Shown piece by piece: positions 56,459-64,000 of a stretch of DNA of 64,000 bases. A model generated the notes under the pieces. It was not told the origin of the DNA and searched no databases. It saw only the letters and a list, made by a program, of their open reading frames with translations. Position 1 is the first letter of the stretch. Every line of letters begins with the position of its first letter. The position numbers were made by a program, and so were the translations under genes. Source of the stretch: Minisyncoccota bacterium (GTDB lineage: Bacteria; Patescibacteriota; Minisyncoccia; Phycocordibacterales; Zambryskibacteraceae); NCBI GenBank assembly GCA_025450175.1, contig JANWHY010000008.1, positions 56,289-120,288 of the forward strand, read 5' to 3'.

Positions 56459-57058
56459 ATGGAATTCGTTTTTCAAATAGCGGTTCTCATCATGTCTATA
56501 GTGATCCACGAGGTCTCTCACGGCTATGCGGCCTCGATGCTCGGCGACCAAACTGCACGATATCAAGGGCGACTCACGCTTAACCCCCTTAAACACGTAG
56601 ACCCATTCGGTTCTATCATCCTCCCTTCCATCTCATACTTTCTCGGGGGCTTTATCTTCGGCTGGGCTAAGCCTGTGCCTTACAACCCATACAATCTTCG
56701 CCCCGGTCGCTGGTCAGAAGCAATGGTCGCTCTCGCTGGTCCAGCCTCGAACATTACCCTCGCCCTCATCTTCGGCCTTTTAATCAGGATGGGTAGTTTG
56801 GGTCCAGCATTTATGGAAATCTCTGCAGTGATCGTCTTTGTAAACATTCTTCTTGCGATCTTCAACCTGGTGCCTATCCCACCCCTCGATGGTTCTAAAC
56901 TTCTCTTTGCTCTCTTTCCAGAAAAGCTCTTAGAGCTAAGAGGCTTCTTCGAGCGCTATGGGCTCTTCCTGGTATTCTTCTTTATCTTCTTTGTGTGGCA
57001 GTTTGTTTTTCCAGTTATTACTATTCTCTTCAGGCTTATTACTGGTTCCAATTTTTAA
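56459..57058 (+). CDS. site-2 (M50) membrane metalloprotease
   Basis: HEVSH, LAGPASN, FNLVPIPPLDG. Confidence 0.93.
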   Translation: MEFVFQIAVLIMSIVIHEVSHGYAASMLGDQTARYQGRLTLNPLKHVDPFGSIILPSISYFLGGFIFGWAKPVPYNPYNLRPGRWSEAMVALAGPASNITLALIFGLLIRMGSLGPAFMEISAVIVFVNILLAIFNLVPIPPLDGSKLLFALFPEKLLELRGFFERYGLFLVFFFIFFVWQFVFPVITILFRLITGSNF

Positions 57059-57059
57059 T

Positions 57060-57250
57060 TTGCAATTTATAACATACGTGTTATAATAAACAGTGGAAAA
57101 TCCCAAGCCTGGTTCTCCCGGTTCGCAAAGCAAGGGGGCGAAGGTGTAAGGTTTGCCAGTACGAACTTGACCTCTCAAAAGAGAGGATAGATGAGAAATA
57201 TTCTAATTTAAAAGGGCGACTCTCCAGGATTCCTGGATTGTCGCCCTTTG
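57060..57250 (+). ncRNA. candidate small RNA (or 18-aa leaderless peptide) with own promoter and terminator
   Basis: TTGCAA-16-TATAAT with TG extension; stems GTTCG/CGAAC and CCTCTC/GAGAGG; terminator 57211-57249. Confidence 0.45.
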
Positions 57251-57904
57251 TTATTGAGAGGAACCGTAAGAGCCCGGTAGTCGAGCGTCGAACCAGCGAG
57301 AATGCGCTTCCCCTACGTTGAGTTCTTTTTGGAACCGCTTGTAGCGGAAGCAGATTGATCGGTGGTTAAGTCTTTCATCGACTAGCTTCGCCCGGACGAA
57401 ACCCGCAAGCATGTGCATATAGACGTGAGGTAAGGTTGCGAGGAAAAGTTCATGCTCGAAGAGTTCTTGCAGACTCCTTGCTGGAACAATAGGGAAGGAG
57501 AATAGCCATTCTAGATACTTCATACGATGCTCTGTCTTTACATTGAGCTTCGAGCAGGCATGAAGCATGAACCTAATTGATCCAAAAAAGGGAGTTTGAG
57601 AAAAACAGCCTCTCCCTTCTCTGTCTAGGTTGTATTCCATCTGGTGGAAGATCGCTTCCCCTAAGCCCCGGCATTTTTCAGGTAGGGAGTGAGTTGTGTC
57701 TTGCCACAGCGTGATGTAATGCCTACAGGTCTGCCTAAACTGATAGAGAGCCTCCACTACGAGAGCTCGTTCTTCCTCTCTGAGGGAGAACTGCCTCACT
57801 AGTTTTTCCAACAGCCGTCTCTCAACGTTGAGGAATGTTGCCTCTTTGGTGTCCTGGGGCAGATGATTGCCCAAGATCGCCTCTAAGCGTTCCGTTGCGT
57901 CCAT
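57251..57904 (-). CDS. hypothetical protein
   Basis: long ORF; SD GGAGGTG before ATG 57904; shares terminator 57211-57249. Confidence 0.65.
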   Translation of the reverse strand: MDATERLEAILGNHLPQDTKEATFLNVERRLLEKLVRQFSLREEERALVVEALYQFRQTCRHYITLWQDTTHSLPEKCRGLGEAIFHQMEYNLDREGRGCFSQTPFFGSIRFMLHACSKLNVKTEHRMKYLEWLFSFPIVPARSLQELFEHELFLATLPHVYMHMLAGFVRAKLVDERLNHRSICFRYKRFQKELNVGEAHSRWFDARLPGSYGSSQ

Positions 57905-58031
57905 CTGCCACCTCCATGTATAAAATAACATATAATTTTAAATTGTCAAATTATATTAAATACGTTTTTGTGTATCTTGATTTTTAGCGCTCCTTTTAGT
58001 ACAGTAACAGTCTCCTTCGGGAGGGTTTTTA

Positions 58032-58445
58032 ATGTCTACTATCAACCAATTAGTAAGAAAGAAAAGAAAGAAGGTGACCAGGAAAACCAAGGCCATCGCT
58101 CTTACTCGCGGTTTCAATAACACCAAGAACCGCCCTGTCTTTTATAACTCACCCTTCAAGCGCGGTGTGGCTACCAAGGTCACCACTAAGACTCCTAGGA
58201 AGCCTAACTCCGCTATTAGAAAAATTGCTCGAGTCCGTCTTACCAATGGTATGGAAGTTACGGCCTACATCCCTGGTATTGGTCACAATCTCCAAGAACA
58301 CTCAGTAGTACTTATCCGAGGTGGTCGCGTGAAGGATGTAGGGCTCCGCTACACTATTGTACGTGGCAAGCTCGATACCTCTGGAGTAGAAACTCGAAGG
58401 CAAGCAAGAAGTCAATATGGAGCCAAACGTCCTAAGGCCAAATAA
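58032..58445 (+). CDS. rpsL: 30S ribosomal protein S12
   Basis: [31 protein letters not shown]. Confidence 0.97.
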   Translation: MSTINQLVRKKRKKVTRKTKAIALTRGFNNTKNRPVFYNSPFKRGVATKVTTKTPRKPNSAIRKIARVRLTNGMEVTAYIPGIGHNLQEHSVVLIRGGRVKDVGLRYTIVRGKLDTSGVETRRQARSQYGAKRPKAK

Positions 58446-58447
58446 AA

Positions 58448-58918
58448 ATGAGACGCAAACTTAAAGCCAAGCCCAAGATTGTTCCAGATTACACCTATGA
58501 ATCAGAGAAGGTTTCTAAATTTATAAACTACTGCATGCAAGAGGGGAAGAAGAACACGGCTAGAAAGGTTGTGTATGACTCATTCGCCATCATTAAGGAG
58601 AAGGCGAAGACTGAGGATCCTTTAGGCATTTTTGAAACTGCGCTCAAGAACACTGGACCTATGATGGAGGTGCGTTCGAGACGAGTGGGTGGTGCCAACT
58701 ATCAGATCCCTCGCGAAGTGCGTCCAGAGCGACGCCAATTTCTCTCTATGAAGTGGATCGTAGATGCTGCTCGCAATAAAAAGGGTAAACCTATGGCCGA
58801 GAAGCTTGCCGAAGAGATTATCGCAGCATCGAACAACGAAGGTGATGCAGTCAAGAAGCGTGAGAACACTCACAAGATGGCTGAGGCTAATAAGGCTTTC
58901 GCTCATTTCGCCTGGTAA
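58448..58918 (+). CDS. rpsG: 30S ribosomal protein S7
   Basis: [27 protein letters not shown]. Confidence 0.98.
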   Translation: MRRKLKAKPKIVPDYTYESEKVSKFINYCMQEGKKNTARKVVYDSFAIIKEKAKTEDPLGIFETALKNTGPMMEVRSRRVGGANYQIPREVRPERRQFLSMKWIVDAARNKKGKPMAEKLAEEIIAASNNEGDAVKKRENTHKMAEANKAFAHFAW

Positions 58919-58936
58919 TTCAATATTTAAACTAAC

Positions 58937-58973
58937 AAAGGCTCGGTGCCCTTGTTAGGGCGCCGAGCCTTTT
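58937..58973. terminator. bidirectional terminator after rpsG
   Basis: AAAGGCTCGGTGCCCT-TGTT-AGGGCGCCGAGCCTTTT. Confidence 0.88.
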
Positions 58974-58976
58974 GTG

Positions 58977-59195
58977 TCATGCGTGGTTATCGTGGCCGAG
59001 AGTCAGATCGCTGGTGTACACCCAATCCCTGAGCTCGATAATGTGGCTTTGGTTCTTGGCCACGATGTCGGCGTGGACTTTGTGAACACCCTGAGCGATT
59101 CTTGCTGTAACAGCTACTGGTGGCTTGAGAGTCAAGAAGCCTCGACGTTTTTCTTCGACTTCCCGTGCTGCTGCCTTGAGCTGGTCTTTAGTCAT
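58977..59195 (-). CDS. small orphan protein inserted antisense in the str region
   Basis: SD GGAGG before ATG; stop abuts the terminator. Confidence 0.55.
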   Translation of the reverse strand: MTKDQLKAAAREVEEKRRGFLTLKPPVAVTARIAQGVHKVHADIVAKNQSHIIELRDWVYTSDLTLGHDNHA

Positions 59196-59289
59196 ATAGA
59201 CCTCCGGAAGTATTTATACTCCCTCTATCCTGAATTGCAACAGAAAGATCTTTGATATATAGTGAATTTGCGCACAGGCGCATTTTATT

Positions 59290-61452
59290 ATGGAGAGAGA
59301 TTACCCACTCGAAAGAGTCAGAAATTTCGGAATTATCGCGCATATTGATGCTGGGAAGACCACCACTTCCGAGCGTGTACTTTTTTATACAGGAGCACAA
59401 CATAAAATAGGTGAAGTGCACGAAGGTGAGACTACGACGGACTGGATGGAGCAGGAGCGCGAGCGTGGCATCACCATTACTGCTGCTGCTATCACTTGTT
59501 TCTGGGGTCCAACTTATCTCTCTGATGCAGATCGAAACGACAAGAATAAGAAAATTCGTTTTAATGTCATCGACACTCCGGGCCACATCGACTTCACTGT
59601 GGAGGTGAAGAGATCCCTTCGTGTATTAGATGGTGCAGTGGTTGTCTTCGATGGCGTGGCTGGTGTCGAGCCTCAGAGTGAGACTAACTGGCGTTATGCC
59701 GAAGAGGCACAGGTGCCACGTATCTGCTTTATCAATAAGCTTGACCGTACCGGAGCCTCGTTTGAACGCTCATATAAATCTATTCTTGATCGACTTTCTA
59801 AAAAGGCGGTACGCTTTCAAATTCCAATCGGCGAAGAGGAGCGCCATGAAGGTGTTGTCGATCTCTTGAAGATGAAAGCTTATTACTTCGAAGGTGAAAT
59901 GGGTAATAAGGTTGTGGAGAAAGAAATTCCCGATAATCTTGTAGAAGATGCTAAGAAATATCGTGCGGAGCTTGTCGAGCGCATAGTGGAGAACGACGAC
60001 GGTCTTATGAATGACTACCTCGAAGGTAAGGAGGCGTCACTCCCAGATCTTAAAAAGGTTTTGCGCAAAGCTGTTATTGAAAACAAAATTTTCCCTGTGA
60101 TGACAGGCTCCGCTTTGAAAAACAAGGGGGTTCAACTCGTGCTCGATGCTGTCGTAGACTACTTACCGTCTCCACTAGACATTCCGCCGATCAAGGGTAC
60201 TCACCCTGACACTGGAGAGGAGGTTATCCGCCATGCTTCTGACTCTGAACCTTTCTCAGCACTAGCTTTCAAACTTCAGGCGGATCCATTCGTCGGGCAA
60301 CTCACTTTCTTCCGTGTTTACTCCGGGACTATTGAGAGTGGTACTTATATTTATAATTCTACGACTGGTAGTAAGGAACGCCTAGGCCGCATTGTCCGTC
60401 TCCAAGCTGATAAGCGCGAAGAAGTGAAAAAAGTTTTTGCCGGAGAAATTGCCGCCGCTGTTGGTCTCAAGGATGCCAAGACTAGTCACACTTTCTCTGA
60501 CGAAGCCAATCCAATTATTCTCGACCAGATTACCTTCCCAGAACCAGTGATCTCTCTCCGTATAGAGCCCAAGACCAAGGCTGACCAGGAGAAGATGGGT
60601 ATGGCACTTAAGCGTCTATCTGATGAGGATCCAACATTTAAGATTAAGTCTGACCAAGAGACAGGTGAGACAGTCATTATGGGTATGGGCGAACTCCACC
60701 TCGAGATTATCGTCGACCGCATGAAGCGCGAGTTCGGCGTTGAGGCCAATGTGGGCAAACCTCAAGTAGCTTACAAAGAGACCATCCAAGGGGAGGCCGA
60801 AGTGGAGAACAAGTACATCAAGCAGACTGGTGGTAAGGGTCAGTATGGCCATGTGAAGATCAAGATCAAACCTCTCCCACAATACGATCCAGAGGACAAG
60901 GTGCCTAAGAACGCTCATCGCGAGCCTGGCTTCGAGTTCATCGACTCTATTAAGGGAGGGGTGATCCCCCAAGAGTTTATCCCTGCGGTAGAGAAGGGTA
61001 TTAAGGAGGCGATGGATCGTGGCATCCTTGCTGGCTACAAGATGACCGATATTTCTGCCGAACTTACTTATGGCTCTTACCACGATGTCGACTCTTCAGA
61101 AATCGCTTACAAGATTGCCGCTTCCCAAGCCTTCCAAGAAGCGGCTAGAAAGGCTCGACCAGTGATCCTAGAACCTATTATGAAGGTGGAAGTAGTGGTG
61201 CCGGAGAAGTTCATGGGTGATATCACCGGCAACCTATCTGGTAAGCGCGGACAGATCGAGGCTATGGAAGATAGGAGTGAGCTTAAGGTTGTGCGTGCCA
61301 AGGTGCCTCTCTCCGAGATGTTTGGATATGTAACTAGCCTCCGAAGTATGACCGAAGGCCGCGGCTCTTCAACTATGGAATTCGACCACTACGCTGTGGT
61401 GCCAAATAATGTTGCAACTGGAATTATCGAAGCTCGTACTGGGGGGAAGTAG
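59290..61452 (+). CDS. fusA: elongation factor G
   Basis: [32 protein letters not shown]. Confidence 0.98.
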   Translation: MERDYPLERVRNFGIIAHIDAGKTTTSERVLFYTGAQHKIGEVHEGETTTDWMEQERERGITITAAAITCFWGPTYLSDADRNDKNKKIRFNVIDTPGHIDFTVEVKRSLRVLDGAVVVFDGVAGVEPQSETNWRYAEEAQVPRICFINKLDRTGASFERSYKSILDRLSKKAVRFQIPIGEEERHEGVVDLLKMKAYYFEGEMGNKVVEKEIPDNLVEDAKKYRAELVERIVENDDGLMNDYLEGKEASLPDLKKVLRKAVIENKIFPVMTGSALKNKGVQLVLDAVVDYLPSPLDIPPIKGTHPDTGEEVIRHASDSEPFSALAFKLQADPFVGQLTFFRVYSGTIESGTYIYNSTTGSKERLGRIVRLQADKREEVKKVFAGEIAAAVGLKDAKTSHTFSDEANPIILDQITFPEPVISLRIEPKTKADQEKMGMALKRLSDEDPTFKIKSDQETGETVIMGMGELHLEIIVDRMKREFGVEANVGKPQVAYKETIQGEAEVENKYIKQTGGKGQYGHVKIKIKPLPQYDPEDKVPKNAHREPGFEFIDSIKGGVIPQEFIPAVEKGIKEAMDRGILAGYKMTDISAELTYGSYHDVDSSEIAYKIAASQAFQEAARKARPVILEPIMKVEVVVPEKFMGDITGNLSGKRGQIEAMEDRSELKVVRAKVPLSEMFGYVTSLRSMTEGRGSSTMEFDHYAVVPNNVATGIIEARTGGK

Positions 61453-61529
61453 TTGGCAAAGATAGCCTAAAATAAGGGTTTTATACGAATTTGCTTGACT
61501 TTTAAATAAAAGAGGTGTATTATGATAGT

Positions 61530-61704
61530 AGAAGGTAGGGCTAGCTAAGTTCTCCAGCTTAGCTCCCATAAACACGGCGGCAGTGCCCAAGGAAGGCAGA
61601 ATAGTGGAGAGGAACACTCACACTCTATGCTGGAGGGGTCGTCCGTAAATAATAATTTTGGCGGCGTAACTGAGGGCATGGACTATTTGTGGTCCATGCC
61701 CTTT
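61530..61704 (+). ncRNA. candidate pseudoknotted ncRNA between fusA and tuf
   Basis: TTGACT-17-TATTAT promoter; multi-stem fold with loop CTCCAG/CTGGAG pairing; terminator hairpin 61673-61702. Confidence 0.55.
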
Positions 61705-61850
61705 ACAATTTCTGGCCTTTTGTATAATATTGCTTACGCGTTATACGGCGTTTGACTGATCTTTGAGATCCTCTCAATACGATAGGTTAAGCGATTTGGT
61801 ATGCGTTCTTAAACTTATTCAGCAACTTATTAACTTATCAAATTAAATTT

Positions 61851-63044
61851 ATGGCAGCAGAATTCGATCGTTCCAAGCCACACATCAACGTAGGTACCAT
61901 CGGTCACGTTGACCACGGCAAGACTACCCTCACCGCCGCAATTTTGAATGTACTTAGTCGTGCAGGACATCAGGCGACAGTTAAGAGCGTAGATCAGATA
62001 GACAACTCACCAGAAGAGAAGGCGAGAGGTATTACTATTGCTCTCTCTCACTCAGAATACGAAACAGATGCAAGACACTACGCTCACGTAGATGCCCCAG
62101 GTCACGCCGACTACATCAAGAACATGATCACCGGTGCCGCTCAGATGGACGGTGCTATCCTCGTGGTAGCCGCTACTGACGGTGTGATGCCTCAGACCCG
62201 AGAGCACATCCTTCTTGCTAAGCAAGTGGGTGTGCCTAAGGTTGTAGTCTTCCTCAATAAGTGCGACATGGTCGCCGATAAGGAGCTCATTGCTCTTGTG
62301 GAAGAGGAGGTTCGTGACCTCTTGAAGAAGTATGACTACGATGGAGCCAATGCTCCTGTGATCCAGGGTTCAGCCCTCAAGGCTCTTGAGGCTAGTGGTA
62401 CTGATGACGAGTGGAGTAAGAAGATTCTTGAGCTCACAGGCGCTCTCGATACCTACTTCCCAGTGCCGGTGCGCGAGGTTGATAAGCCATTCCTCATGCC
62501 AATCGAAGACATCTTCTCGATCGAAGGTCGAGGAACTGTGGTAACTGGTCGTATTGAGAGAGGTAAGGTCAAGGTCGGTGAGGAAGTAGAGATCGTCGGT
62601 ATCAAGGATACGATGAAGACTACTGTCACTGGCATTGAGATGTTCAACAAGTCTCTCCAAGAAGGTATGGCCGGAGACAATGCCGGTATCCTACTCCGTG
62701 GTATCAAGAAGGAAGACCTTCACCGCGGTCAGGTACTTGCTAAGACTGGTTCTATCACTCCCCACACCAACTTCACTGCTGAGGTCTACATCTTGCAGAA
62801 GGAGGAAGGTGGACGTCACACCCCATTCTTCACTGGTTACAAGCCTCAGTTCTACATTGGTACTACCGATGTGACTGGAGAAGTAGCTCTCGCTGAAGGA
62901 GTGGAGATGGTAATGCCTGGCGATCTCGCGACCTTCACCGTCAAGCTCGTAGCACCGGTCGCTATCGAGCAGGGTCGACGCTTCGCTATCCGTGAGGGTG
63001 GCAAGACTGTCGGCGCCGGTACCGTTACAAAAGTTATTGCCTAA
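61851..63044 (+). CDS. tuf: elongation factor Tu
   Basis: [36 protein letters not shown]. Confidence 0.99.
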   Translation: MAAEFDRSKPHINVGTIGHVDHGKTTLTAAILNVLSRAGHQATVKSVDQIDNSPEEKARGITIALSHSEYETDARHYAHVDAPGHADYIKNMITGAAQMDGAILVVAATDGVMPQTREHILLAKQVGVPKVVVFLNKCDMVADKELIALVEEEVRDLLKKYDYDGANAPVIQGSALKALEASGTDDEWSKKILELTGALDTYFPVPVREVDKPFLMPIEDIFSIEGRGTVVTGRIERGKVKVGEEVEIVGIKDTMKTTVTGIEMFNKSLQEGMAGDNAGILLRGIKKEDLHRGQVLAKTGSITPHTNFTAEVYILQKEEGGRHTPFFTGYKPQFYIGTTDVTGEVALAEGVEMVMPGDLATFTVKLVAPVAIEQGRRFAIREGGKTVGAGTVTKVIA

Positions 63045-63048
63045 CAAC

Positions 63049-63447
63049 GTGGCAAAAGTTCCCTCAAAACCAAAAAGGGCTTCCAAGCCCAAGAAGACTC
63101 CTAGCGCCGACTCGCCAAAATCAAAGAAAGGGGAGGAGGTCACGAGCAGACTTCGCATCCGCGTGAGAGCTTATGAGTCGAAGATCCTTGACCTCTCGGT
63201 CAAGCAGATCATCGATACCGCTCTGCGCTATGATGCCGAGATCCAAGGGCCTATTCCCTTGCCTACGGAGATCAAGAAGTATACGGTCAACCGTGCCGCC
63301 TTCGTCTACAAGAACTCTCGTGAGCAGTTCGAGATGCGAGTCCATAAGCGACTAATCGATATCTTGAATCCTACGCCAAAAATTGTAGAATCTCTCACCA
63401 ACCTGAGTTTGCCCAGCGGCGTGAACATAGACGTCAAGCTTGTCTAG
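63049..63447 (+). CDS. rpsJ: 30S ribosomal protein S10 with basic N-terminal extension
   Basis: [29 protein letters not shown]; probable GTG 63049. Confidence 0.95.
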   Translation: MAKVPSKPKRASKPKKTPSADSPKSKKGEEVTSRLRIRVRAYESKILDLSVKQIIDTALRYDAEIQGPIPLPTEIKKYTVNRAAFVYKNSREQFEMRVHKRLIDILNPTPKIVESLTNLSLPSGVNIDVKLV

Positions 63448-63451
63448 CACC

Positions 63452-63895
63452 ATGACCAAGATTATTGCCAAGAAAGTCGAGATGAACCAGATCTTCTCTC
63501 TGAGCGGAGAGGTTTTTCCTGTTACTCTACTTGTGCGACCTGATGATAGTGGCGATCTTGCGGCTGCAGGACTTGTGGAAGGGGAGACTGTCACTGTTGT
63601 AGGGACCTCGAAGGGTAAAGGCTTCCAAGGTGTGGTCAAGAGGCACAAGTTTAAAGGGGGTCGACGCTCACACGGGCAGAAGCATTCTGAGCGCGAGGCG
63701 GGTTCTATCGGTGGAGGTGGTCGTGCTGGTGGGCGAGTGGTTAAGGGTATGCGCATGGCGGGCCGTATGGGAGGCGAGCGTGTCACGGTCAAGAATCTGC
63801 GGATCATTAAGCTTGTGCCTGAGACTCGAGAGATCTTTATCGGTGGAGCAGTGCCTGGTAGACGAGGAAGCTTGGTAGAGATAAGAGTAAAATAA
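63452..63895 (+). CDS. rplC: 50S ribosomal protein L3 (internally shortened)
   Basis: KKVEMNQIF..PVT, SKGKGFQGVVKRH, GSIG, MAGRMG, GAVPG. Confidence 0.93.
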   Translation: MTKIIAKKVEMNQIFSLSGEVFPVTLLVRPDDSGDLAAAGLVEGETVTVVGTSKGKGFQGVVKRHKFKGGRRSHGQKHSEREAGSIGGGGRAGGRVVKGMRMAGRMGGERVTVKNLRIIKLVPETREIFIGGAVPGRRGSLVEIRVK

Positions 63896-64000
63896 TGGAA
63901 ACAGCAATCTACAATCTAGAGGGCAAAAAGGCAGGAGACATCACCTTGCCAGAAAATGTTTTTGGCCTGAAGTGGAATGCTGACCTAGTGAAGCAAGTAG
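63895..64000 (+). CDS. rplD: 50S ribosomal protein L4 (5' part, truncated by window end)
   Basis: METAIYNLEGKKAGDITLPENVFGLKWNADLVKQV, directly after rplC. Confidence 0.9.
   Translation, partial: METAIYNLEGKKAGDITLPENVFGLKWNADLVKQV

Noticed and set aside
61640-61670. tmRNA-like tag ending TTG GCG GCG TAA (LAA*)
   Set aside because: In-frame stop a few codons upstream and no tRNA-like domain
1-64000. CRISPR array, IS/transposase, integrase, prophage, rRNA
   Set aside because: No regularly spaced direct repeats or recognisable motifs seen; the tRNA cluster has no adjacent integrase or duplicated 3' end
1-64000. Alternative genetic code (TGA=Gly, as in some CPR lineages)
   Set aside because: Conserved genes are full length in the standard code, and several end at TGA at the expected position (ruvB, ruvC, recJ)

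Overview
Origin-proximal chromosomal segment of a small-genome bacterium, very probably Patescibacteria/CPR (Parcubacteria-like). This is inferred from gene content and order, trimmed proteins and scarce Shine-Dalgarno sites; the code is standard (TGA = stop). Housekeeping content: ruvB-yebC-ruvC, tyrS, a class A PBP, dnaN-[oriC]-dnaA, rpmH-rnpA-yidC, rsmA, pcrA, comM, dksA, rpsO, nusA, ppa, clpP, rny, HU, CCA enzyme with 6 tRNAs, yraN, xth, tpiA-pgk, recJ-rnhA, sod, rpmB and a fragmented str/S10 region. Host-interaction content: an 11-gene relaxase-free T4SS-like cluster (VirB4, PrgI, VirB6-like, and a pilin fused to an M15/LAS-type peptidase), a type IV pilus block (pilB-pilC-3 minor pilins), a split ComEC, a LysM-M23 peptidase and surface proteins. 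Signals not explained by standard annotation: (i) several unassigned structured ncRNA candidates, two sharing a hairpin-loop pseudoknot architecture (37.9-38.15 kb, 61.5-61.7 kb); (ii) DnaA boxes on the T4SS-like promoter; (iii) pervasive leaderless-type promoters (-10 box about 6 nt before the start codon), contrasting with SD-led orphan genes; (iv) leaders that can sequester start regions; (v) an unannotated very acidic 45-aa ORF after ruvC. No CRISPR array, transposase or integrase was seen. All calls were made by eye, without database searches.
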